Origin: Rebecca billardiae RCC1528
Taxonomy: Eukaryota > Protista > Haptophyta
DNA length: 64,000 bases
Reading direction: 5' to 3'
Assembly (NCBI GenBank): GCA_965240325.2
Contig: OZ251240.1
Location: forward strand, 1,364,001 to 1,428,000
In this document: one piece after another, positions 1-10,899 of the stretch
How the letters are laid out: each line of letters begins with the position of its first letter
Position numbering within the stretch: the stretch's first letter is position 1
Translations under genes and position numbers: made by a program
The notes under the pieces: model-generated
The model's database searches: none
What the model was told of the DNA's origin: nothing
The model's input: the letters and a program-made list of their open reading frames with translations, nothing else

Positions 1-1910
1 CCTCAGCGCCGGGCGCACCAAGCGCGGCGGCCACGCGTGCGCCGCCTGGTCCGACGTGTCGGCCCTGCTCGCCGAGTTGGGCGCGCGCGCCGGCAAGGGC
101 CCCGCGGAGGTTGCGTATTCCGGGCTGCGCGCCGAGCGGCACTCAGCCTGCCGCCGCGTGTCGCACGGGCCGCCGTGCGCGGCGTGTGTCACGCGCAACG
201 GGCTGGCGGACGCGCGCGAGCACGCCGAGCACAAGCGATACAGCTCCGAGGGCCAGCGGCTGAGCGCGGCGGAGCGCTCGCTGCGCGCAGAGTGCTGCGA
301 CATTGGCGAGCCGCAGCGGCACTGCCCGCCGCCGCCGCCGCCCGCGCCGCCGCCCGCGCCGCCCTCGCCGCCGCCGCCGCCCTCGCCGCCGCCGAGCGCG
401 CCGCCGCCGCCGCGCTCGCCGCCGCCGCCCTCGCCCTCGCCGCCGCCGCCGCCCGCGCCGTCCGCGCCGCCCTTCCCGCCCGCGCCGCCGCCGCCGCTCG
501 CGCCCTCGCCGCACCCGCCGCCCTCGCCGCACCCGCCGCCCTCGCCGCGCCCGCCGCCGCCCTCGCCGCGCCCGCCGCCGCCGCCCGACCCCGCCGAATG
601 CTACTCGATGCACGATGTTTCGGACTACAGAGGGCGCGTGAGCGTTACCGTCAACGGCCACCACTGCCAGCGCTGGACGGCGCAGGCGCCGACCGCGCAC
701 CCGTTCACGCCGGTCAGCCGATACGCGGCGCGCGGCCTCGGCGACCACAACTACTGCCGCCGGCCGGGCGGGCGCATCCGCTGCGCGTACTGCTACACGG
801 TCGAGGTGCGCGCGGCGCGGCGCGCGCCGTGCGCGCTGCGCGTGGCGAGCGCGGCGGCGCGCGCGCACGGCGGGGCCAGTGGCGGCGGCGGCATGCAATG
901 CGGCGCCTGGCGTGCGCAGCCAGCCGCCGCGGCGCGCGCGCGGCCCGGCGTGCGCGCAGCCAGCCAGCCGCCTTTGCGCAGCTCCGGCTGTCGCCCCGCC
1001 TCCCGCCGCGCACGCCTCACGCGAGTGCGCCGCCCCCGCGCGCGCGCGCGCGACCACCGCCCGTCGTCTCGCCGCGCCGCGCCGCGCCCGTCGCCGCGCC
1101 CTCGCCACCGCACACCGCACGCAGGCGACGAAGCGCGGCTGGGAGTGCTGCGACGTCGGCCAGCCGCAGCTGCGCTGCCCGCACCCGAGCCCGAGCCCGC
1201 CGCCGCCCCCGCCGTACATCAGCCCGCCGCCGTTGGCCAACAACCCGCCGCCGTTGTATTGGTCGCCGCCGCCCGGCGGCGCGGCGCGCCGACCGATCCG
1301 GAGGCCGGGCGGCGGCGGCGGCGGCTTCAGGCCCGCCGGCCCGGAGTTCCCCTCGCAGCCCGCGCCCGTCAGCGCGCCGCGGCCGCACCGCCCCGTGCAC
1401 AGCGCCGTCCCCGCGCTGCCGCCGCCGCGCCCGCCGGCCGAATGCTGGGCGCAGCACGACGGCTCCGACTACCGAGGCGCCGTCTCGCAGACGGTGAAGG
1501 GGCTGCCGTGCCTCAACTGGCTCGCGCACAACGCGACCGAGGTGGCCGAGTACCCGGACTCCGGGCTCGGCGACCACAACCACTGCCGCCGGCCGTACGG
1601 CTTCCTGTGCGCGTGGTGCCACACGCTGCCTGACAAGCACGGCCGCACGTGGGAGTGCTGCGACATCGGCCAGCCTGACCCCTACTGGTGCCGCGGCGTG
1701 CGGCTGCGCGCGGAGGGCGACGGCGGCGCCGCCGCGCCGCCGCGCCGCCGCTGGGCGCGGGCGTGCGCGGCCGGCGGCGCGGGCCTCGGCGCGCTGCTCC
1801 TGGCGGCCGGCCTCGCGGCCAGGGGGGTGCGCGGCGGCGGCGGCGGCAGCGCAGCGTGGCGCTGGGCGTGGACGAGGGCCGCGCCGCCCGCGCGACCGCT
1901 GATGCTCTGA
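1..1910 (+). CDS. Kringle-domain, proline-rich surface/secreted protein (5' partial; exons <1-805 and 1125-1910)
   Basis: Kringle motifs 'DYRGRVSVTVNGHHCQRW..LGDHNYCRRP..CAYCYT' and 'DYRGAVSQTVKGLPCLNW..LGDHNHCRRP..WCHT..WECCD', separated by Pro/Ser-rich linkers. A phase-0 intron 806(GTGCG)-1124(CGCAG) joins ORF 56 to ORF 879. Weak hydrophobic C-terminal segment. Confidence 0.85.
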
Positions 1911-1974
1911 ATCTGAGTCCGTGATGTCTTCAAGACGACTCGGGCCCGCCATGGGCGAAGAATCAGCGCGTCAT

Positions 1975-2041
1975 TCTAATATATATAATAAGCTGCTGCT
2001 ATATTTATAATATATATATATGCGCGCGCTATTATATAACG

Positions 2042-2079
<38 letters not shown>
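1975..2079. repeat. (TA)n microsatellite in an AT-rich island
   Basis: Long TATATA run at 2043-2079 plus shorter TA runs upstream. Confidence 0.9.
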
Positions 2080-2081
<2 letters not shown>

Positions 2082-2178
2082 TCAGTAATACGCGACCGCC
2101 CGCCGCTGCCGCGTACCGCAGCCCTCATCCGGATCCGGGCTCCAGCAGGCCTCGCAGGCGGACGGCTGAACGAATTTT

Positions 2179-2281
2179 CCGGCGGCGCAGCCATCGGCGA
2201 CGGCTTCATGGGCGGTGCCAGTTGGCGGGCGTCGATCTCGCCTGCCTGAGCTGTGTGCGTCTCTTATTCTTAGTAAACTGT
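2179..2281. repeat. Dispersed ~100-bp repeat, copy 1
   Basis: CCATCGGCGACGGCTTCATGGGCGGT...CTCTTATTCTTAGTAAACTGT matches 48859-48949 with about 4 substitutions. Confidence 0.9.
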
Positions 2282-4697
2282 CGTACGTACTAGCGCTACT
2301 ACTAAATTATTCTGAATACCGCACAACGAGTCACCGGAGCCGGAGGCTCTGCCGCGCGGGGCTCCGCGCAGTGGCCTAACTCAGATTCGGACCGTACATG
2401 ACCCGCCCGGCAGTGAGTGATGATGACCCCCCGCCCCGCCTAATTGCTGGCGCGTCACGTCCGGTCCGTTCGGGCCCCGAGCGCACTCTCAGGTAGTGAC
2501 ACTACATACAGAGTAGTCACTCCGAGACCGAGTCCGAGCAGCCACTGACTGACACGGCGGCCCACGGGATTGTCAGCCCGGAGCTACGGCGGCAATGTTA
2601 CGGCGCGCGGGCCGCCAACTGGTCCCGACTGTCCAGCCGGCGCCCGCGGCAGGCCGCGGCTCCGTGCGGACCGCGCGTAGTCGGGCTCGGCCCGCGACAA
2701 TCACGACGACTACAATAATTCCCGAGTTCCAGCCCGCCAGTGGCACTCCGCAGGTCGCCGCAGGCCCGGCCGAGGCCCCGGGCGCCACCCGCCGCACCCG
2801 GATCGAAGACATTAGTAGCCGCTGCGGCGTTATCGATAGCCTGGTCCAAACGCACTGGAGCACTTTCGGGGATTTTATCGCCAAATGAATGCGGGCCCCT
2901 AGGCACGCGCTCACACCCGGAAACAGCGTAGCAAATGGGCCCAGCCCGGGCGGAGCAAAAGTCTCGGCCTAAAAATCGCATCCGCGGCCCGTCGTGAGCG
3001 TGCGCGCGCGCGCCGCGGACAACTACGGACACATAGAGAATCGTCAGTCTGAATGTGGGTAATTAATTAGCCGAAATGAGCCCAAACGCACGAACTTACT
3101 TATTGGCGTACGTCGAGGCGAGCATGAACCTTGGTACAGGCCATTAGGATGGGCTCTGGTCTGTGCGCAAGTGGCCGTACTCAACTACTGCAAGATCGAC
3201 TATATTACCCATTTTACCCGCATATTATGGGCAATGTACCCGCATAAATATGCGTTCTGAGTCTGTATAATTAAATGCCACTATGTCGTTACATATTCGC
3301 CATAGGTGGGTAGCTGTCCCAGGCTGCACGATTAGTGCGGCGCCCGGGGTGCAGTGGTCGGACGAGGCTCCGCCTGGCCTTCCGCGCACTCCTGCAGACA
3401 AGAAGAGGGCCGGACTCCCACCCGGCCAGGCGTGCGGCAGTCGGTCAGGTGCTGGACCTGGTCTGGAGACCATCTCCTGCGTGGCGACTGGCCGATATGC
3501 GGCACAACGCGCGCCGCCGTGAGCCACACGGCAGGTTCGCAACGGATCCGGATCGCGTGTCCATGGCGGCGTGCATCGAGTCATTCAAGCTGTCAAGTCG
3601 CGTGCCACGCCCGCCCTTTCACTTGGGGCATCAGCACTGCCTACAACGACGACATGTGCGTCCTTAGACGAGGCATAATCGCGGTTCTAGCTGCTCGTCC
3701 AAGGGTCAGATCGCACGTCTTTGCTCGCCCGACAGCCTCAACGGCGGACTGATGTGATCCGCGGGTGACGATGCGACCGCTTCGAGTGCGCCTACGGCCA
3801 CCACCGGGGTGGGGATCGTTCATGGGCACCCTCCGCGTGCCATGACATGCTCTGGCCGTGCGTGGTGACTTGACCCACCGCGCGTAAACGGGGAAGACAC
3901 CTGAGCACGTGCTTCCGAGCCACCCGAATGGCACAATGTGCCACCCATGGACACCAAACACCTGCCAGAGCGCGAGCCTTGCGTGCTGGAGTAGCCGTAC
4001 GACACCATGGAAGACGTATGAGCGCTCTCAACCATCTTCAAGCGACGACTCCGTCGACTCTGCCTCGCAGACCGCGGTACGATCCTCGACCTTGTGCTCG
4101 CAGCAAAGGCCATGACGGTAAAGCAGCACCCAGGGGATGGGAGTCAGCCGGCAGCCACTACACTGCGACTGTACACACCCAGCCCCGCAAGGCGAGCCAT
4201 CCTGATCGCCCCCAGCCCGTCATACAGCTCCACGAGAAGCACAAATCGACTGCCGCCGCTCTGGACGACCCATGCGCAAACGTGACGGGACTGGCCGGAT
4301 GAAGCGTTGGCAATGCGCAGCGCGCCCAACGCTGGTGGTGGCATCGAGTACATGCTAGGGGTAGGCGGTGCCCCATGCGAGCCGTCGCGTGCCGCGCATA
4401 TTCCCGGAGGTGCCCCTTCTCGAAGGCGCAGCGCAACCCAGCAGCTGAGCGTTCGACGCGCGCCGTCGGGCGAGAAGTCGACCTGGCGACGGACCGCGGG
4501 CGGCGGAAGCAACGCAGACATGTCGCTCAAGATGTGCACGCACACCGCCGGGGCACCCGAACGATGTGTCCAGCACTACACCTGACACGAGGCGGCGCAG
4601 TCGTCCAGTCGAGGCTCTCGAGCCCCTTCCGACCTTCGTCGCGGCGAGCCGTCGGACGCCCGGTGGCGATTTTTTGACGAGCGCGACGAGCGCAACC

Positions 4698-6392
4698 CGG
4701 TTTGGCGCTTTTCGGCCAACTCAACAGAAGGATGTTCTGTTGAGTTGGCCGATCGGCGAGGGGGGGGGGTGGGCTCGACAACAGGGCCCAGGCTCTGTTG
4801 AGTTGAGCTTGGAGGCCAGCTGGACTCGACAGAAGAATGCTCTGTTGAGTCGGTCGGACCTTGGCGGCCTCTCGACAGAGCCCTGGTCTGTTGAGTGATC
4901 GTTGGTGGACACCGGTGATGGCTGAAGGGGGTGCCTTGGGGCGCACCGACGGCGTAAAGGCGCTGCGGGCGCTGCGGTGCGCGCGACGGCGGCGCGCCCG
5001 GTGGCGCTGCTGTTGGAAGCTACTGCGCCCCTCTCCACCTCGCGCGCTTCGCTCGTCGTCGCCGTCTCCGCACCTGCTACCGGCATGCACGCGTGCGCAG
5101 CGCCTCGGACGCCCGTTGACGGCGCGCGCCCCGGCAACCGCCCATCACCGGCGGCGGCGAGTGCTGTTGCGGTTGGATGGAATCGGATGGTCTGCTGATA
5201 GTTGGACCAACCAACCAACGCCCTCGGTGGGCTTGGGCTTTGGTGTACGGCGCGTTCGGTGGAACTTGAGCCTCGGCACACTTCCCAGCGAAGTGGCCCA
5301 CCTCGACGTGGCTGGCACGCTCGTCACGCGCTCCCGAGCGCTCGTTTCGCGGTGCCGCAGGCCTTGGGCAGACCAGTCAGACATGGCGCGACCGCATTAC
5401 CGGGCCATGTGCGCACCACATCCGCGCTACGTGGCCTGCGCTCTGGACGACTGGGAGTCAATGCCCGGACCCACTGCATTCCACTGCCCCGCATGCACCC
5501 CGAGTCACCGTCAGAAGGCGTCGACGAGCGCAGAGCGGGTGCGCGGGAGTTCAACCAACTCGTGTACCTTCTTGCAAGCACCAGTGGCGAGGTCGCACGC
5601 CCAATCGTGACCAGCCGTGGAACTTGAGCCGGTCGGCAGCAAAACCACCGTGTGGCGGCCGAGATGAAGTAGCAGCGTGCAACTGCAAGGAGGAGGCGCG
5701 GTGCGTGTCCGCGGCTGGCGAGAGGCGTCCGGACCGTGATGTTCTCGGCCGCGTCCGCGCGCTTCCCGCCGCCGCAGGCCCCGTGTACGCCCGTCGTCGC
5801 CCTCGCCGCGTGGGGCGTGGGCGCCCACCGAGCTCAAGTTCCATGGCAAGGAAGTACTGTACTGATCTACAGTTTACTATGATACAGTACGTAGTAAGAT
5901 TTAACGTGCACACTTGGTTCAACAGTACGTAGTGATCTTGACAATGTGGCCGTGCACGCGGCAACAGGGCTCAGGCGGCCCAGTTGTCGAGTGCAGGCGT
6001 GTGTGGCTTGCGATGGCAGCCAGCCGTCAGCCGGGGCGCCACGCCCACGGTTCGCTGGTGGGCTGGCCCGATGGCGTCGCAGAGCTCACGCGTACGGGGG
6101 AGGAGGGCATCGACGAGGAGACGACCAAGGGCGAGAAGCAGCCGGGGGCACGCAGCACGGGGCTCGGAGCATGCCGCCAGCACGCGTGCCTCCACACCGT
6201 CGCACGTCACCCTTGCTCGTAGCTGTGCGCTGTGCTGCACTCATCTCACCATCGCCCATGCTACGGGCGCGGCCGGGTGGTGGACATCTACCTGTCGGCG
6301 CAGCACTGGCATCGGTGGTCGCCAGACACTTCTCGACTTGCTCTGCGCGTGACAGCAAGGAGACGGCAGCGCCACAGCTGTGTGAGCAGATG
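4698..6392 (+). repeat. Long inverted repeat, left arm (~1.7 kb)
   Basis: Reverse complement of 13329-15017. Mirrored ORF translations are identical or nearly so (e.g. 5624..5932+ equals 13789..14097-). Confidence 0.97.
4714..4895. promoter_or_regulatory. Cluster of four palindromic sites CTC(A/G)ACAGA-N7-TCTGTTGAG (putative protein-binding sites)
   Basis: Sites at about 4714-4750 (16-bp perfect stem), 4773-4808 (degenerate), 4823-4851 and 4871-4895. Mirrored at 14819-15001. Function is inferred. Confidence 0.55.
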
Positions 6393-6499
6393 AGGTCCTA
6401 CTACTCTACTCGGCGAGGCAGTACTGGCATGGACTGCAATCCTGGTGCATGCGAGCTACTGGCATGTTCCCCTACTCAGACGGCAGGGCCATCAATACA

Positions 6500-9400
6500 G
6501 TACGGTGCTGCTTCGGATACACGCGCCCAGCGCTGCTGGTAATAGTAGTAGCGGCGCTGTTGATGCTGCAGCAGCAAGCAGCAGTACAGTACCACGACGG
6601 GCGGCGGCAGTCGCTCCAGCTATCAGCTCGGTGGTGCTCGCTTGAACGGCCTGGGCAATGGCGCGCCGAAAGTAGCGACCTAGCCCATCGCGTCCACCGC
6701 GATGGGGTCGCTGGCAACTGATGATGCTGCGCCCGCGCCCATCCGGGCCAACACCAGCAGCAGCCACGCTCGGCGAATCTGCACCGCATGCGGCAGCAGC
6801 TGCTGGGATGGTCCCGCTGCGGATGACGGCGTTCGCCGCAGATGACAGCTCGGTGTCGCTCGCTCGAGGGGCCACGGCGACGGACGCGTCGAGCGCGTTG
6901 ACGTCACTCCACGCGACCACGGCACTGCCCAGCGCGCTGGAGCCGCTCCCATCTGGTGCTGCTGTGCCTGCGCCCAGCTGGGGCCCAGCTGCAGCAGCGC
7001 TCGACTCCGCGCCGCATTGGCGGCACAAGCAGGGATGGTGCCACGGCGGGCGGCGGCGGTCAACGCAGCTGGAAGCTCGGCGGTGCACGCCCGAGAGGCG
7101 TGGGCGCTGGGCGCACCGAGCGCCGTGACGCTGCTCGCCTCGCCCATGGCGCTGGAGCCGCTGCCATCCGGTGCTGCTGCGCCCGCGCCCAGCCGTGGCA
7201 GCAGCAGCAGCGCTCGACTCCGCGCCGCGTGCGGCAGCAGCAGCAGGGATGGTGCCACGGCGGGCGGCGGCGGTCGACGGAGCTGGAAGCTCGGCGGTGC
7301 ACGCCCGAGAGGCTTGGGCGCTGGGCGCACCGAGCGCCGTGACGCTGCTCGCCTCGCCCATCGCGCTGGAGCCGCTGCCATCCGACGCTGCTGCGCCCGC
7401 GCCCGGCCAGGGCAGCAGCGGCAGCGCTCAACTCCGCGCCGCGTGCGGCGGCAGCAGCAGGGATGGTGCCACGGCGGGCGGCGGCGGTCGACGCAGCTGG
7501 AAGCTCGGCGGTGCACGCCCGAGGGGCGTGGGCGCTGGGCGCACCGAGCGCCGTGACGCTGCTCGCCTCGCCCATGGCGCTGGAGCCGCTGCCATCCGAC
7601 GCTGCTGCGCCCGCGCCCAGCCGTGGCAGCAGCAGCAGCGCTCGACTCCGCGCCGCGTGCGGCGGCAGCAGCAGGGATGGTGCCACGGCGGGCGGCGGCG
7701 GTCGACGGAGCTGGAAGCTCGGCGGTGCACGCCCGAGGGGCGTGGGCGGTGGGCGCATCGAGCGCCGTGACGCTGCTCGCCTCGCCCATGGCGCTGGAGC
7801 CGCTGCCATCCGGTGCTGCTGCGCCCGCGCCCAGCCGTGGCAGCAGTAGCAGCGCTCGACTCCGCGCCGCGTGCGGCAGCAGCAGCAGGGATGGTGCCAT
7901 GGCGGGCGGCGGCTGTCGACGCAGCTGTCAGCTCGGCGGTGCACGCCCGAGGGGCGTGGGCGCTGGGCGCACCGAGCGCCGTGACGCTGCTCGCCTCGCC
8001 CATCGCGCTGGAGCCGCTGCCATCCGGTGCTGCTGCGCCCGCGCCCAGCCGTGGCAGCAGCAGCAGCGCTCGACTCCGCGCCGCGTGCGGCAGCAGCAGC
8101 AGGGATGGTGCCACGGCGGGCGGCGGCGGTCGACGGAGCTGGAAGCTCGGCGGTGCACGCCCGAGAGGCTTGGGCGCTGGGCGCACCGAGCGCCGTGACG
8201 CTGCTCGCCTCGCCCATCGCGCTGGAGCCGCTGCCATCCGACGCTGCTGCGCCCGCGCCCGGCCAGGGCAGCAGCGGCAGCGCTCAACTCCGCGCCGCGT
8301 GCGGCGGCAGCAGCAGGGATGGTGCCACGGCGGGCGGCGGCGGTCGACGCAGCTGGAAGCTCGGCGGTGCACGCCCGAGGGGCGTGGGCGCTGGGCGCAC
8401 CGAGCGCCGTGACGCTGCTCGCCTCGCCCATGGCGCTGGAGCCGCTGCCATCCGACGCTGCTGCGCCCGCGCCCAGCCGTGGCAGCAGCAGCAGCGCTCG
8501 ACTCCGCGCCGCGTGCGGCGGCAGCAGCAGGGATGGTGCCACGGCGGGCGGCGGCGGTCGACGGAGCTGGAAGCTCGGCGGTGCACGCCCGAGGGGCGTG
8601 GGCGGTGGGCGCACCGAGCGCCGTGACGCTGCTCGCCTCGCCCATGGCGCTGGAGCCGCTGCCATCCGGTGCTGCTGCGCCCGCGCCCAGCCGTGGCAGC
8701 AGCAGCAGCGCTCGACTCCGCGCCGCGTGCGGCGGCAGCAGCAGGGATGGTGCCACGGCGGGCGGCGGCGGTCGTCGTAGCTGGAAGCTCGGCGGTGCAC
8801 GCCCGAGGGGCGTGGGCGGTGGGCGCACCGAGCGCCGTGACGCTGCTCGCCTCGCCCATGGCGCTGGAGCCGCTGCCATCCGACGCTGCTGCGCCCGCGC
8901 CCAGCCAGGGCAGCAGCGGCAGCGCTCAACTCCGCGCCGCGTGCGGCAGCAGCAGCAGGGATGGTGCCATGGCGGGCGGCGGCGGTCGACGGAGCTGGAA
9001 GCTCGGCGGTGCACGCCCGAGGGGCGTGGGCGCTGGAGGCACCGAACGCGGTGACGCTGCTCTCCTCGACCATCGCGCTGGAGCCGCTGCCATCCGGTGC
9101 TACTGCGCCCGCGCCCAGCCGTGGCAGCAGCAGCAGCGCTCGACCCCGCGCCGCGTGCGGCGGCAGCAGCAGGGATGGTGCCACGGCGGGCGGCGGCGGT
9201 CGACGGAGCTGTCAGCTCGGCGGTGCACGCCCGAGGGGCGTGGGCGCTGGAGGCACCGAACGCGGTGACGCTGCTCGCCTCGCCCATGGCACTGGAGCCG
9301 CTGCCATCCGACGCTGCTGTGCCGGCGCCCAGCTTGGGCAGCAGCGGCAGCGCTCGACTCCGCGCCGCGTGCGGCGGCAGCAGCAGGGATGGTGCCATGG

Positions 9401-10085
9401 CGGGCGGCGGCTGTCGACGCAGCTGTCAGCTCGGCGGTGCACGCCCGAGGGGCGTGGGCGCTGGAGGCACCGAACGCGGTGACGCTGCTCGCCTCGCCCA
9501 TCGCGCTGGAGCCGCTGCCATCCGGTGCTGCTGCGCCCGCGCCCAGCCGTGGCAGCAGTAGCAGCGCTCGACTCCGCGCCGCGTGCGGCAGCAGCAGCAG
9601 GGATGGTGCCATGGCGGGCGGCGGCTGTCGACGCAGCTGTCAGCTCGACGGTGCACGCCCGAGGGGCGTGGGCGGTGGGCGCACCGAACGCGGTGCCGCT
9701 GCTCGCCTCGCCCATGGCACCGGAGCCGCTGCCATCCGACGCTGCTGCGCCGGCGCCCAGCTTGGGCAGCAGCGGCAGCGCTCGACTCCGCGCCGCGTGC
9801 GGCGGCAGCAGCAGGGATGGTGCCACGGCGGGCGGCCGCAGCAGCTGAAAGCTTGGCAGTGCCCACCCGAGAGGCGTGGGCGCTGGACGCACCGAGCGTG
9901 GTGTCGCCGCTCGCCTCGTTCCGTAGCGCGCTCGAGCCTCTGCCATTCGATGCCGCTGCGCCCGCGCCACGGCGCCGCTGCACGGCTGCAGCTGGCAGCA
10001 GCTGCGCTCAGGAGGCTTCGCGCCGCATGCGGTGGTAGCAGCAGGGAGGTGCCACAGCCAGGCCGGCGGCGGTGGTCGGGCGGTG
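6500..10085 (+). repeat. 214-bp tandem repeat array (~14 conserved units plus degenerate edge units)
   Basis: Motif GCAGGGATGGTGCC recurs every 214 nt from about 7030 to 9812. The period is not a multiple of 3, so the ORFs cycle through frames. Confidence 0.95.
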
Positions 10086-10899
10086 CTGAGTACTGCTTGG
10101 CACGCCGACGACCGGTCGTTATAAACTACGACTCTACTAGCTGCTGACCAGCTGACCGTGTCGCGCCGGAGTGTAGCACGGTGCCCGGATGAATATGACG
10201 CCTATAAGCTGACGGTCGGCGCGGATCTAGTACCGCGCGCGTCACGTAGTCGCCTCATCATCGTCGTCAGCTTAGTCACTGAGCTTATTACTCTGATGAG
10301 TGATGTCGACTACTGCGCGCTGCTACATCATTGAGTTTATTGAGCCGTATAGTCCCGTAAGACTAAGAACAGCAGTAGTCGTAATAAGCAGATCGACGAC
10401 TGCTAAGCCATCAGCGCAGCAGACTATACTCATACTAAGTACTGCTTCATCGCACTTATTATTATACCCGGACGCGACGACTGATCGAGTGTGACTGTGA
10501 GCCGCCAGCACAACCGTGGCGCCATCAGGCATCACGACTGCGTATATGTATGCTCCGGATATATATATATCTGCGCTGTGACGGTGTGGTCATGTGGTGA
10601 TGTGACTTCGTCGGACGAACGGTGGCCGCGGATCGGGAGACGGCCCGGTCGGACTGCCTGCTGATGCTCAGTTGCGCGCGGACTGCGTCAGTCTGATCGA
10701 CGCGATATATATATATATATATATACGCCACTCCGCCTCCGTCCCGTGTAGGCCGGGATGCGCTGATGTCGTAGCCAGTGATGATGCGCGTGATCGATGC
10801 TGATCGATTGACTCATCGATGCTGACGAAAACTACGCTACTACTGTGCCGCCTACCTGCCGGGCTACGACTCGGGTCTGCGCCGCCGGGCTTGCGTGTA

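Noticed and set aside
3225-6542. Transposase or cargo genes in the left part and arms of element A
   Set aside because: Only short overlapping ORFs without host-like codon bias or DDE/zinc-finger motifs that I can support.
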